This document shows, in pieces, positions 26,215-39,869 of a stretch of 64,000 nt of DNA. The stretch lies in the NCBI GenBank assembly GCA_013239625.1, contig MU054212.1, positions 6,608,270 through 6,672,269 of the forward strand, given 5' to 3'. This stretch comes from Lama guanicoe. Lineage: Eukaryota. How positions within the stretch are numbered: position 1 is the stretch's first letter; the number at the start of each line of letters is the position of its first letter. The position numbers and the translations under genes were made by a program. The notes below the pieces were generated by a model. The model was not told the DNA's origin and ran no database searches. It was given only the letters and a program-made list of their open reading frames with translations.

Positions 26215-26747
26215 TTTTAAAATTGAAGTATAGTTGATTTACAATGTTGCATTAATTTCTGGTGTACAGCATAGCGATTCAGTAATACATATTATATACA
26301 TATATCACTTTTCAGATTCTTTTTCATTATAGGCTATTACAAGGTATTAAATATGTCTCCTGTGCTATACAGTGGTGCCCTGTTGTTTATCTGTTGTATA
26401 TGTATATATATATGTTAGTGTCTGCACATCCTGAACTCCCAGTTTATCCCTTCCCACTCCCCCGACCCTGGTAACCATGTTTGTTTTCTGTGTCTGTGAA
26501 TCTGTTTCTGTTTTGTAAATAAGTTCATTTGTGTCCTTTTTTTTTTTTTTCAGATTCCACATATAAGTGACATCATACGGTATTTTTCTTTCTCTTTCTG
26601 GCTTCCTTCACTTAGTATGAAGATCTCCAGGTCCACCCATGTTGCTGCAAATGGCATTATTTTATTTTTTATGGCCGAGTAGTATTTCTATGTATATACT
26701 ACAACTTCTTTATCCAGTTGTCTGTTGATGGACATTTAGGTTGTTCT
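26215..26747 (-). mobile_element. L1 3' end
   Basis: Reverse complement of the 17.5-18.0 kb family. TSD ATGATCTTTT at 26205-26214 and 26748-26757, followed by AAA (TTTT/AA endonuclease site). Confidence 0.9.
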
Positions 26748-27136
26748 ATGATCTTTTAAAAATTTAGATTTATTTAAAAAATTTTTATTTTACCATAAGT
26801 TCTGATTAAGACCCAGGTGACCTGAATTCCTGGGCTCATTTCACTATTCAGCAGAGAGACTTTGGGTAAATTACTTGGCTTCTTGGTGCCTACGTTTTCT
26901 CATCTTTAAAAAGATTAGTAATAACTGCCCTGCATCTTCAAAGGATTGTCATGAGGATCATATGAAACAATGAAATGAAAAGTTCTATATAAAATCTAAG
27001 GTAAATTATTATTAATCAATCTTCAGTATTGACAATACAATACGAGCTTTATTTCATTATGCCAAACCTAATCAGTTAAAAAAAAAGTAGTATTTTTCAC
27101 TGAGATTCTTGTTGGGTTCATATATATAAATGCAAG

Positions 27137-27309
27137 GTATGTAGAATAGATGAACAAGACTATACTGTATAGCACAGGAAATATGTACAAGATATTGTGG
27201 TAGCTCCCTGCAAAAAAAACGTGACAATGAATATAGATGTTCATGTCTAACTGAAAACTTGTGCTCTACACTGGAATTCGACACAACATTGTAAAATGAC
27301 TATAACTCA
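27137..27309 (+). mobile_element. L1 3' end fragment (different subfamily) without poly(A) tail
   Basis: ATACTGTATAGCACAGGAAATATG...GACACAACATTGTAAAATGACTATAACTCA. Perfect direct repeat ATATATATAAATGCAAG at 27120-27136 and 27310-27326. Confidence 0.88.
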
Positions 27310-28709
27310 ATATATATAAATGCAAGATAATTAAGAGGACTTCACTACCCAGTTTTTATCTTACAATTGTATGTTCTTAGCAAATTATCACTTTAATTAG
27401 ATTGGTTATCTTTTGAGTCTTGTTATAAGAAAATACACATTTGGACATTACATAAAACTGTGAATCTTTCCAGATCCAAATAAAGGGACCCAATAGAGAG
27501 TACTCTACATTTCTTATTTCTTAAGAATAAAACAAATGAGAAAAACCCACACATATTTTACTTTGATATAAATGCAATGTCAACTGTTCAATTACTCCTA
27601 GAAAAATAATACACGTGAATAATTCCTGTTGAAAATCTTCCGTTCTTTTTACAACATGCAATTATAATAGTGACAATGACAATAATGACAGATAATAGTG
27701 AATGCATATTGGATATTGAAACCTCTGATTATCATGCCATTTATTTGATGTGTGTGAACTTCCATTTGAGAACACCACGAAAAACGATACCTTGTGAACT
27801 AGGAAAGTAAAATTAGAAGAATCTGAATTAACTTGCTGAAGGGGGTTTCAATTATTCTCTTCTAAACAATTCCAGCAGAGCCTTACAGGTTTAATTTTAG
27901 ATTAGGCAAAATCTACAATATTGTAATAATTAAGAGTTCCTTCATATGGCAACATAGAATATGTTTTAGAAGCTCTTTACATAGGAAACCAATTTAGCCA
28001 AAATTAATTATGGTTCTTTCAAATCCCTTAATTTTTTAGAAATACTCCTTTTTCCTCCTCATCTTAGCATCACCTGGCCCAAAGTAATGTCTTTAAAAGG
28101 TAAGTAATTAGAGAAAGTTAAACAAGAGCTGAGTGTATCAGTTAATAATATTATTTGGATGCCTTTGAGTTCCTAGATTCTTGTGTGGAAAAATGTAAGG
28201 TTAAAAAGGCGATGGGATTTGAAGGTCTCCTTTGTTCCAGCTCAGCAACTGCCCAACATTTACCATGTGTCACATCTGTGCGTGTGTGTGCGTGTGTGCT
28301 CGTGTGCAGAGGTACTTCGGTTCCGAGGATGAATGATTGAAGGATGACCTAAAACCTCCTGGTATAAACAAATTTTTCATCATACTGGTGTTCTAAGTAC
28401 GGTAAAGTCTCATTTATTTATATTTCAGTGATTTGGAACCTTAATAATTGGGAAACAGGCCAGATAAAGTTTTCCTGCCTGTGATACGTGAAAGAAAGTT
28501 TTTATTAGCTAGATTGCAAGATGCGTTTTAACCAGTTTGAGAAATCGGCGGGTCTGCTGGCACTTTGGAGCTAACCATGTTTAAAAAGGCTCAGTCCGTT
28601 TTACAGATAACAAATAATTCCCACCTATTTATTAAAGAAAATGTTCTGCAATATTCTTTAAGAATCAATAAATCAGAGAGTTAGAAGAGAACTCTGAGGT
28701 AGTCTAATT

Positions 28710-28896
28710 CAGGGATTTTCAAGCCTGGCATGTCATCAAAATCATCTGCGGGGATTGAAAAATTAAGATTCTTGATACAGATTCTTAGGTCCGAATTCCA
28801 GGAGATTATGACTCAGTGGGATGAGGCCTTAAAAATCCATCAGGTTTCACAGTCTTCCAGTTGGTTCTGACGCACAGCCAGACTTGAGGTCACTGA
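28710..28896. mobile_element. MER5-like DNA transposon
   Basis: CAGGGATTTTCAAGCCTGGC...TCAAAATCATCTG...GGTTCTGACGCACAGCCAGACTTGAGGTCACTG. Confidence 0.7.
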
Positions 28897-29574
28897 TTTG
28901 GTCCAGTTCTCTGCATAACGTAGAAATCCTTTCACTAGTCTTTTTTTTTTAATAAATAAATATTCTCATCAACTTGGAAGTTTATAACGAAACGTGCCTT
29001 AGTTGTTCGAATCCACTCTATGGTGGCAAGTTGTTGGGCAGTTGTGTTAGATCCATCTTTTCCTCCTTATGCTGAGCTGAGAATCTGCCTGAGTCTTTCC
29101 GAGAAAAAGAGCGAGTGCCCGTCTGCGCGTCACGACAGCCCCTTCGGAGCTGGAAGATGGGTGCTGCACGTCTTCCCTTTTCCGTGTCGAACATTTCCAT
29201 CCTTCATAAGAAAGTTTCCATTCTCCTTGTTACCCTGTTCACCTCCTTTGAGTGTATTCTAGACTATCATTGTCCCTTTTAAAAGTGTGACTTTTTTAAA
29301 AGTCAGGACTGCACAATATAACAAATGCAGTATGTGATGTGATGTATTTTTAATATTTAATATGTCTAAGGACTTTTAACTGTCACAACGCCCTGTTGGT
29401 TCCTGTACAGCTTCCAGCTGGCTACAAGCATAGATTTTTTTTTTTAAACACAAAGCCAGGTTTTCAAGTCAGGTTTTTCCCTATCCTATATTTTTTCTAG
29501 TTAAATATTCTAAACATCAATGCATGACTCTTTTTAAAATGTTTTATATCCGCTACTGATTTAGTCACTTTGTT

Positions 29575-29720
29575 TCAATTCATTTATCATTCAGCAATTA
29601 TTAATTGAGTTTCTACTGTGTTCCAGTTTCTATTGTGTTCTAAACACTAAAGATCATGGTGCGAACAAGAGGAATAAGTTCCCTGTTCCTCACGGCAGTT
29701 ACTTCTTTCCTAGGTGGGTC
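29575..29720 (-). mobile_element. L2 3' end fragment
   Basis: ATTCATTTATCATTCAGCAATTATTAATTGAGTTTCTACTGTGTTCCAG. Confidence 0.65.
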
Positions 29721-32109
29721 GTGTGTCAGAAATGTCACTACTGTCACAGCAGGACAGCCTGGCTGTGGGGGGTGAGAGGCTGGAGATGGCTGGAAGAAGT
29801 CACGACTCTTTCCTGTGACTTTCCAACTTGGCTAAACCTATGACGGCTTAGTATTTTATACAGGCAGTGAGTGGATGGGCAATCTCCCATCTGGTCGTAC
29901 CGCAGTGACGTACGGCAGGGATCTGGGAGGCAGGAAGAGCCAGGAAGATGCAAACCCCCACGGATTCACAGATACAAAGGCGGGTTTTGGATTTCCACAG
30001 GCCACGGGATTGGAGAGGTCTGTAACAATTTTACAGGACCTTTACCAGATCTGAAAAGCCACCAGCTGACATCTGACTTGTATACTGAAGGTATATATGT
30101 AGTTCCCACAGTAATCAATCGATAAATGACAACTATTATTATTATGCGTTATTAATCTTACAGAGCACACATTTGCAAATCCATCTTGGGAATTTTGGCA
30201 TTTTCTTTCACTGCTTAGAAGCCTTTCAGATACCATAGGTTGCACTATTTAAAAACAGTCAGAATATTAACTGCATAAGCAAATTTAGCAAAAACATAAA
30301 ACCACTAGGCTTCATACAATTCTACTGGTCTAGATCTCACTCGTACATTCACCCCACTCACTCTTGGCTGCCATCCTTCTCTGTTAAGGAAGTCCCCAAA
30401 CCATACGAAACCCAAGTCACCACATTTGATGCTAATCTTTACTCTCCTCCCGTTTTCTTGCTACACTCAATGTTCTGCCAAATCCTATGGAGTCTTCGGT
30501 CTGTCTCTTCATTTCAGCCGCACTGCCGGGAGCCTGAGTCAGCGGGGTGGGTCCTCTTTTGAGCTGACCTGATAGTAGCATCCTTGCTTTGTGGGCTCCT
30601 GCTCTCACCTGATCTCCTTACACACTTTGGCAAATGAATTTCAGCAAAGCCTGACATGAATGATCAATTACTTCAGTCCTCTTTTAAAAAACTATCCAAG
30701 ACGCCCTCATTACTTATCATCTATAAAATGCCCGTACCCCCCACATTAGAACCTGCCTTTTCTCTCTCTGTCTCTCTCTGCCTCCATCATACTCTTTCCT
30801 TCTCATGGTAAAGTGCCTTGCTTGAGATTCTTTTCAGAGATGAAAGAGTTTCTGACTTTAGATCTGAAAAAACTTGAAAGAGGAATTTCACACAGAAACT
30901 TCTTAGACAATGGGGAAAAAGTAAACAGAAGAAGATCCTGAATCAGTGGCCAGGAGGAAACTCAAGTAGCCTTTCTCAAAACCTGGAAGGGTGGAAGCTG
31001 GAAGGGTACCCCGTGTTCTCAGAAGAGAGCTGCTACCCTTTTCTTAAATTTTTCCAGAGAAGTAAACTCTCCGGAGAACGTGTTCCAGCTGACTTGCTGT
31101 TGTAGTTAGGTTTCTTTATCATAGCTGTTCTTGGTAATTACACAGCAGCTTTCATCAGAAGGGCCTTTAAATAGACCTGGTAATGCCTCTCCGAGGTAGG
31201 TAAACAGCAAGTATCATTATCCCCATTTAACAGATGAGAGAATAGAGGAAAAGGGGCTTGGGCACCTTTTCCAGAGCCTCAGGATGGGTTTTATTTCCTC
31301 CATTTCACAGAGGAAATGTCTCTGGGGCTCTCTCCCACAGCCCCTGTGTGACTCTCAGTTACGACTAAAAGTGCGAAAAATGCCTCCCCTTCTCATCTGC
31401 TGACACTGGTGCCTCCCCTCCTCCTCTCGCCCGGAGTCAGGCTGTGTGGCGACTGGTCAGTCATGGACATTACTTAGTTCTCTTAAAATGGAAGTAATGC
31501 TAAGATTTGTTAGATCAGATCGTAAAGACCACGATGCTCGCTGAGAAAAACTTTAAGTATACTTAAACACGGAAAGGACTTAGTGCCACAGAGTAGGGAC
31601 TCAATAAATGCTTGCTGTATGAAGAAAAGAACAAATTGGTGAAAAAAGTCAAAGTCATTTGCAGTCCCTACTCTCCAGGAACATGTCATTACAGATTCCT
31701 TACCATGTATTTTATTTTCTTCCTCTGTCTTAAGGTCCAGTCAGTGGGTGTGGTGATGCAGGTGTCAAAAGGCAAAAGGGAAAGAGGAAAAGCCATGTTT
31801 CTGAACCATATGATGGAAGAGTGAGAGGCTGGCATATTGGAGAATAGACAGTCTTACTGACTAACCCCAGGTCTAACCTTCCCCCCTCACTCTGCGCAGC
31901 CCCAGTGTCCTCGGTCTTTCATCCTTTGATTTTATATTTGCGCATTCCCAAATATTTCATTAGTCTTGCTGTTGTCACACCACCACGTCCATCATTTTTA
32001 CTGGCTATCTCTGTTTTCCGTCTTGCTCTTTGGGATCAGATTTGTCTTGCACAACAGAAGCTACCCATGAGCGAGAGAAGTTGACCAAATTTCAGTTATT
32101 AGCACAACA

Positions 32110-32586
32110 CAGCACCATCATGAACTTTGCCATGGCTACATACTATATTATTTACTTAATATCTTCTTTAAAACTGCTCACTTAAAAAATTCTTAATCTC
32201 AGTCGATTCTAATCATTCCCACTAGTGGCTGTTCCTTAGAATCACCTAGAAGAGCTTTGATAAAATATTTAGGGTGAGGGCACCTCTCAGACATTTTAAG
32301 TTAATGATCTAGGGTGAGACCCAGTGTTGGTGCTTCTTAAAAAAAATCTTTGTAAGCTTTACGTGTGATTCTAATATGCAAGCAGTATTGGAATCACTGT
32401 TCTAGCAACTATATTATGAATCATGGGCTTCAGGGGTTAATTGTTTTATCTCTGATACATGTTAAAATATAGTAATACGTAATCTAATAATTAAAATAAA
32501 TTTAAAAAAATGGTTTCTTGTGTACCACCTGGAATTGTCTTGCACCCTAACACGTGGTAGGTAAACCATAGTTGAGGACACCCTGT
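32110..32586. mobile_element. MER113-like hAT relic with a nested MER5-like element (about 32225-32400)
   Basis: GTGTACCACCTGGAATTGTCTTGCAC...GTTGAGGACACCCTG end. Nested TTAGAATCACCTAG...GTGATTCTAATATGCA. Confidence 0.6.
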
Positions 32587-35346
32587 AATAAATGGAAGAA
32601 ACGAGGATTTTAAAATCTGAACCTCTGAAAACTGAGTCACAGTCCAACTTTGCCACTTCCTATACGCTTGCCCACAAGAAGCTCAACATCTTCACTGACT
32701 GCAGCCTTGCTCGTTACAACTGTAACGGACCATCTTCCCATCCTTCACTCTCAGCCCAGCCCCTGCGGCACACCAAGGTCTTCCATAGTTCCTCACTGAC
32801 ACATACTGATTTCAGAATGTTACCCGGTCCTCCAGCATGTAGTGGGGTACTTCATGTTTTTGCCCCATTTCTCTGGGCACCAACCTGTAGACTGGCTGAT
32901 GACGGCAGAGGCAAATATGACCAAAGTGCCTTAAGGTCTTTATCTGAATCCATGAAATGCAGGGCCTCCCCAAGGCCTAGGCCATAAGCTTCAAGGGTGA
33001 GAAGGGGTCTATCTTAATATTGTACCTGGCACTCCACAGCCCACCTTAGTCCTTTGCTTCATGAGGGACACTGGCTTCCAGCCAACTTCATACAAACTGC
33101 ATTTTTCCCTGTCCACCCCCACCTCCCACATTAAAGCTTCCTTTAGTAACTAGAAGCAGTTGAATATCTCCTTTGCTTGATTACCTGTAGAATTCCTAAT
33201 TCCAATACCTGGGACTTCGTGCCTTTTTTCTGAAGAGCATACATTGCGATGGAAATAGCATCTCCTTAATCTTCCCCACATCCCTGGGAGGGAGCTGTGT
33301 GGCAAGTATGACCTTTTAGACTAATCCCCTTGCCTGCAAGTGGGATGCGGGGTCTCCCTGCTCACTAGCACCGATGCCACCCAACCAGCTGGCAGGGCCG
33401 CCAATGCTTGTGTCACAAGAGAACACCCTTCTCCTTGCTCAAGAGAGAAGTGGTTCCATGCAGCCTGTCACCAAGGAGCTATTCAAGCTCTGGGTAGCCT
33501 CGCGCTGCAAGGAGATACAGCATCACTCTCATGCCAGTGATGGACTCATAAGTGAAGCCTGCATTTAATCCCTAATAAAGACTAATTATTAGACTATGCT
33601 GCCTCTGGAGAACCAGTCTCATTACTGAGACTTCTCTCTGTCTCTCTCTCTCTCTTTTGTCTCTCTCTCCCATCTGGCTGCCTTTTTGAAGAGATAAGAG
33701 TGACTTCCTGACCTGGGGAGATTTTGGTACCTGCTGCACAAGAAAAAGTGCAGAAAGACACGAGATCACAGAATGACACTGAAAATCCACGTTCGGGATG
33801 TAACATACCTCCCACTGAAATTCCTTGTATGTGACAGTTCAAGATCTAATGGGGAAAATGAATACTTGAACAGAATCACACTCCCAGAATGGAAGGTCGG
33901 CCATTCAGGAGGAGGCTGGGCAGTGGGGCAATGGCCAGATGCCACCTCAGGGACCAGTTTTATCCGTTCCTGTAACGCCAGGGAGAGATTTCTCGTGGGG
34001 AAAGTAGGGGGCTCGTCCAGAGGAACGGGAGCCTGCCTCCTGCCAGGCAGGCTGTTTCCAGTCAGAGAGTCCCTGCAGGAGTGGCCAAGCAGGGAGACAG
34101 GGAGAAAAGTTAGTTAGGAACTGAATGTACTACTCTGGGCTTCTCTCGGGACATTCGTGGCCACGAATAGGTGTCCGTCTTCAAGAGAAGGGAGTCACTT
34201 TCTAAATGGGCCCAGAATTTATTTTCAGGGGAAGAATAACGTTATGAAATCATGCAAGGGTTAAGACAGATGACGGGTGTCCTTATGTGGGGGGAGGTAA
34301 GCAGTGAGGGACCGAGGCAGCCTGGGCGGTGTGCTGTGGAGACAGTGAGGTGTGGCTTGTGGGATCCAGCTTAGGGACACCCCGCTGCGGAGGGTGAAAT
34401 AGGACTCTCTTCTCCTCCTCCTCTTTTCCTCCCTTCCCTGTGGGGAGTCAGTTCTTTCTGTTCTTTGCTGCTTCACCAACCCTGGAGGGGCTAAGAGCTA
34501 AAGTAAACCCTAGCTCGAGGGCTCCGTGGGGTCCACGAGGCCCTCCAACGTCCCCCCAGGAAAGGACACTTGGAGGAGCCTCTGAGACCCATCCCTCAGC
34601 CAATCCCTGACCGTATCATCAGATCTCTGACAGGCAGAAGCAAATAATTCTGGGAAAATTAACCACATTCTCCAAAGCTGCATCGTGGACACTATACTGT
34701 GTGACTTCAATTATTCTGAAAATACTTCAGTGCAGGGGGGACCGAAATTTCATCACCAGGAAACAGATCCTCTAGAGTCTTGTAATTCCAATAACTTTCC
34801 CTAAGACTCATTTCCCCTTTTTCCCCCTCATGTCAGTTAATCAGATTTCTTTTAATTTTGCAACAACTTTTCCTCAAACTTCCCTTCCAGTAAATCGCTA
34901 TCAGTATTTTCTCCCACCGTCTATAGACGGGTAGCAAATTGGAAAACAGAAGCATCTGCTTGGTCTCGTGATTTTCACAGGGTGGTCCAAAACCCGCCGG
35001 CAGCAAAGCCACCTGGGATGCGGCTCAGCGTGCAGGTTCCTGGACCCACGTTCCAGACCAGCCTAGAATCTCTAGGGTAGGGCTGGGGTGATAACGTTTT
35101 ACAAACGAAGCCCTGTGGTTGACTCTTAAAGGAACTACTGATTTAGGCAAGATTTTATGGATCCGAGGAGAGGGGATCTGCACTTTTTTTTCTTTTCTAG
35201 GTTTGTATTATTGGAAGAGCTAGCAATGTATCGCTGACTTGGATACTTGCTCAACAGCCCGCCTGTTTAGAGCTACTTGAAAGGTAACATTTCAGCTAAT
35301 TTCTCTAACCTGCTTTATAATTCCTTGAGTCTTACTCCTGGTCCTT

Positions 35347-35769
35347 GGTATGGACGGAACTGCATTGCCTCCAAATTCGTATGCGTGTCCAAGCCTAACC
35401 CCCAATGTGACTGGATTTGGAGTTGAGGATTTCAGGAGGCACTTAAGGTTAAATGAAGTCATAAAGGCAGGACCCTAATCTAACAGAAGTGGTGTCCTTA
35501 CAAGAAGAGGGAGAGACACCAAAGCTCGCCCGGCTTCTCTGTTTCTCTCTCTCTCTGTGCTCGCCCCCCCCCAGCTTGCTGTACACAGAGGAGAGGCCAC
35601 ACGAGGACACAGGCAGCTGTCTGAAAACCAGGACGAGAGCCCTCCCCGGAAACCGGCCCTGCTGGATCTCGATCTCAGACTTCCAGAGCTGCGAGCAAAC
35701 AGATCCCAGCTGGGTCAGCCGGCCCGTCTGTGTTATTCTGTGACGGCAGCTCAGGCAGACTAGTAACAG
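35347..35769 (+). mobile_element. MaLR solo LTR (MLT1A-like)
   Basis: CCAAATTCGTATG...CTAACCCCCAATGTGACTG...GGTTAAATGAAGTCATAA...TGTCCTTACAAGAAGAGG...GGCAGCTCAGGCAGACTA. Confidence 0.82.
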
Positions 35770-37847
35770 TTGCCCCTAACGGCACCGTCCAGCCGACGGG
35801 AACGGACGGCAGAAAGAGGCCGGCGGGTCTCACACTCACTTCTGGGAACTGACACTTGAGAAGGCGCCTTCGATGGTCACACTTGCACAACTGCTTTGAG
35901 AAAGAATCTTCCTGACTGTACCACACAACAGTTTTGGAGAATCCAAAATATGGGAGGCAGACTCCTTACCTCCCCCTCTGCTGGGCGCTCAGCGCCGCAC
36001 CAGCATCTCCACATGCAGTAAATGTCAATGGTCAACCACGTGCCAAAGGAGAGAGGGCGACCAGGAGGGCTAAGAGCAGACACAGCGAATGGAGAGAAGT
36101 GATTCCTGTAAGCTTTCGTGGTGGACTCTAATCGGTGTTAATCAAGTTGTAGACATTAACATGCCTTTGCGTTTTCAGAAATTTGAAATGTTTCTCATGC
36201 TCTGAGGTTCTAAAGCTTCCTTGCCATAAAGAATGTGATGCATTCTCCAGAAAAATCTTTCTGAGGTTAGATTATTCTTTCTAGGACAAAAAGACTATTG
36301 TTTCCTGGAACTTGGCTGATGCAAGGCCTGAGGGGCTTCTTCCTGTACAGGGGGTGCCCCTTCCCTGGAACGGATTTTTATTTAGGCTACTGGCTGCTGG
36401 TTTTGTTCGCTGCTTCCTAACCCCGGAGAAATCACAGATCTTGAATTCACTGAGTGCGCGGAAGTGGTGTTGAACTATTTCAGTTTTGCTTTGCCTGCTT
36501 TCTTTCTTCCCAAATTTTGAAGGTGAGAATGTCTGAGTGGAAGTTGAAGTTTATTAGGGTTCTCAGGTTTCTGAAGTGGCTGCCTGGAATTAGGTACCTT
36601 CTCTATGAGACCAAGACCTCTACCGAGGGCAAATGGTACTTGCCTTCGATTAAATGCGCAAAGTGACAAATTTAGGCGATTATCTGCTTTCCTGAGACCT
36701 GTTCCTGAGCATTTCCTGTTGGTAATGCTGCTACAAAATATAAAGTCATCACACACTTTGGATAACACTTTGTCCCTCTGAATAGCCGGATAAGAAATCC
36801 ACATTAACCTTCCGACCACTTGGCACTCAGACCTATGATGGTGGCCTGGAGCCTTCTCTGTTATGTAATAGACATGGGAATCTTTTACCAGAAAGCAAGC
36901 ATTTGATGGTTCAAAGAGATTCACAATCAGAACAGAACCTGTTCCATCCAGAAGCATAAACATTAAGCTTAGGGAATGATTTGCTGAACATTCTTCCACA
37001 TCACACACTCAAAGCAAGAGTGAGTCAGGTAACCTCACCTACCAAGGGTAGTAAAAGTTATTTCTTGTCAAAACCAGTAGTTTTTTTTTTTTTTTTTTTG
37101 GTCCCTCAGGAAAATTGCAAGGACACTGTAGCAAGGGAAGATGAAACCGGACAAGTTATTCTCATGATGAATTTAGCTTTTCCATGTCAGAAGCTGCCTT
37201 GGTGATGTGTGTAGCGAAGCTCTCAGCTGAATCTCAGCCATGACTGAAAATCCTGGGCGGTGCTGTTTCCTGCTGTTCCCAGAAGGAACACTTTTGCATC
37301 CGCTTTCAAATGAGGGCGTTTGTTTTTCAGGGTTTTTGGTTGTTTTTTTTTTTTAAACATATTTCTTCTTCTTCTGCAGTGGTTCTTATGAGTTATCATG
37401 GTTTTGGCAGTCAAAGAATGTTACCTCACTTCCCTACAAAGAATTATTGTCTAAAAGTAGTTTGAATAAAAATTTCTGATGTGTCGTTAAGACAATTTGA
37501 GTTACTGGAGTCATACATATTTTTTTCTTTGAATAAAAGATTTGCTACCCCAAGTCCAGAAGATCACTTGAGGAATATGATGCCTCAATCAATATACAGC
37601 CAAAAGAATCACACGAAGAAGAAAGCAGAGAAGATCAAAAGCAACCACAGCTCTTTTCCTCTGCCACATCAAACGCCAAGAGTTTTAATTACAGATGTAT
37701 GTGCCACATGGAAGTATCTACAGAATTTCCCACTGTACATCTGCGTACATTTTCTTTTCATTTTTGTCAAATAGAACACCCAATTCCTGCAGAAGGTGGC
37801 ACCAGTTGTGATCTAGGAACCATGAGAAGGCCTCCTAAAAATGCCTA

Positions 37848-38520
37848 AAAGACTCTCACAACTCAGTAAGAAAAAGATAAATAACCCAACTAAAAATGGC
37901 CAAAGGATGCTTTGGAAAAAAAAAATCTGGTGATTCCTCAAAAGGTTAAATGTGTTCAATGTCAACTGAATAACATATGACCCAGTAATTCCACTCCTAG
38001 GTACATGCCTAAGAGAAATGAAAACATATGTTCACACAAAAACTTACACGTAAATGCTCATAGCAGCCTTGTTCAAAACAGCAAAAAGTGGAAACAACCC
38101 AAATGTCCATCAACTGATCGATAAGGTGTGGTTTATCCATACTATTTCACCACAAAAAGGAATGGAGTGCTGTTACATGCTACAACATGGATGAACCTGT
38201 AAATGTATGCTACAGAAAAGAAACCAGCCCCAAAGACCACATATTGTATGATTCTGTTTATAGGAAATATCCAGGGTAGGAGAATCGATGGATTTGGGGA
38301 GGCGGAAGGTAGATGAGTGGTTGCCTCGGGCTTCAAGGGGCAGGGGTGGATGGGGTGGACTGCTAATAGGCATGGGATCTTTTTGGAGGGGGCGACAAAA
38401 CTGTTTTAAAACCAATCGTGGGTGATGGATATACTCTATGAATATACTAAAAATCACCGGATTGTACCCCTGAAATGGATGAATTGCGTTGTATGCAAAT
38501 TACATCTCAAAAAAGCTGTT
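37848..38520 (+). mobile_element. Old L1M (L1MB-like) 3' end
   Basis: CATATGACCCAGTAATTCCACTCCTAGGTA...TGGAAACAACCCAAATGTCCATCAAC...ACAACATGGATGAACCT...TACATCTCAAAAAAGCTGTT. Confidence 0.88.
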
Positions 38521-39869
38521 CAACCTGAATCCCCAAAAGCTCTTCTAACTTTTCCAAATGCTCACATGGACTGATGAAGAGGATGCCTCAGACTCCAAGG
38601 CTGGCCTAAGCTCTGCAATCTCCCAATGGGGGATAAAACAGACACTGTCAGCTAAACATGGTCACTTTCAGAGCAGCCCTGGGGCCTCAGGCTGCGAGAA
38701 TTCAGCTCTAGGATAAACACACTGTGTGAAAGTAGAAGTCCCAAGAAGTGAACAGAAAAGCAAATTGGATATGAACAGAACTATTGCTATAAAAATAAAA
38801 GCTATCAGTTATTAAGCACTTACAGTCAAGCACGATGTTAAGTGTTTTACATACGTTCTTCCAACATTCAGGATTGCCCTGATGACGGAGGTGTTGTTAT
38901 GTACATTTTATAGGTGAGCAACCTGGACACAAGTTAGGTAGATTACACCAAGGAGAGCCAGCTTTTAAGAGGTCAAGGTGGGATTTGACTCCCATCTGTC
39001 TGACTTTTAGATCTTAGTTACTATGCAACAGAGCCAACTGTTTAAGATGTTTGCATTACAACATAACGTTTTTATCTGTACCTCCTCTTATGCCAAATTT
39101 GCTCTCTCTAGATAAGAATATCTTCTAGCTTAACTTTGTAGTTCATACCCACACATGTCAGTTTGGAGTGAACGCTCCTGAAAACCTTGACAGGGAGCTT
39201 ACAGGAATTGCCACTGACGGTAGTGGTACAGTTGTCATAGTAACCAATCCACCAAATTGGTCCGAGCTCCGAGGCGCACACTTCTGCCTCTATAATGCAC
39301 CAGTATTGGCTGGGATCCCTCACAGCATCAGTGACATCCCCGTTAATGCATACGAGGTAGAAAGTGCTGAGGTCCTACAGTGCATCTTAAAGCATTAAAG
39401 TTTTTCCTTCCAAGTTTCCCTGTCTGACTCACAGGTTTTCCATTCCCTCTTCCAATCCTTTCCATTTGCCCCGGATGTTCTGGTGTGCTTGGTTCTGCGG
39501 GGTGCTAAAAATCAGGGCCAGACAGCATCTGCTGCTTTGTTCTAAGCAGGATTTACAAACCTGACTGTTGTCTTTTTGGCCAAAAATTGACCCTCCCGAC
39601 CCGATAATTCCTCACTTAGTGCTGGACTGTGGAATCGTTGATTGTCTCCTCTCCCCTCCCCCCCGAAAATAGGCCTTTAGCTGATAAAAACACATCTCAG
39701 AAGCCACCGCTGGCAGCCAACAATGTGCACGTTGTTGGGGGCTGTGCACACACATCCATCCACCCACATTTTTCAACAATGCCTTGACCTTCTCAAGGAC
39801 TCTTTCTTCTCTAACCCAGGCCTGTCTCTCTTCCTCCTCCTTCTCCATTTCACTGGCCTCGCCTGTCTT

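Noticed and set aside
33800..34150. Possible LTR fragment (also about 25450-25900)
   Set aside because: LTR-like impression only. I could not identify termini, a TSD or a family.
36475..37008. 177-aa minus-strand ORF and the other 60-140 aa ORFs
   Set aside because: No domain resemblance, codon bias or splice framework. Many have non-ATG starts or lie in repeats, and their lengths are as expected by chance.
37787..37803. CTCF-like motifs here and near 7633 and 24257
   Set aside because: Each has core mismatches or a spacing error and cannot be supported without PWM scoring or ChIP data.
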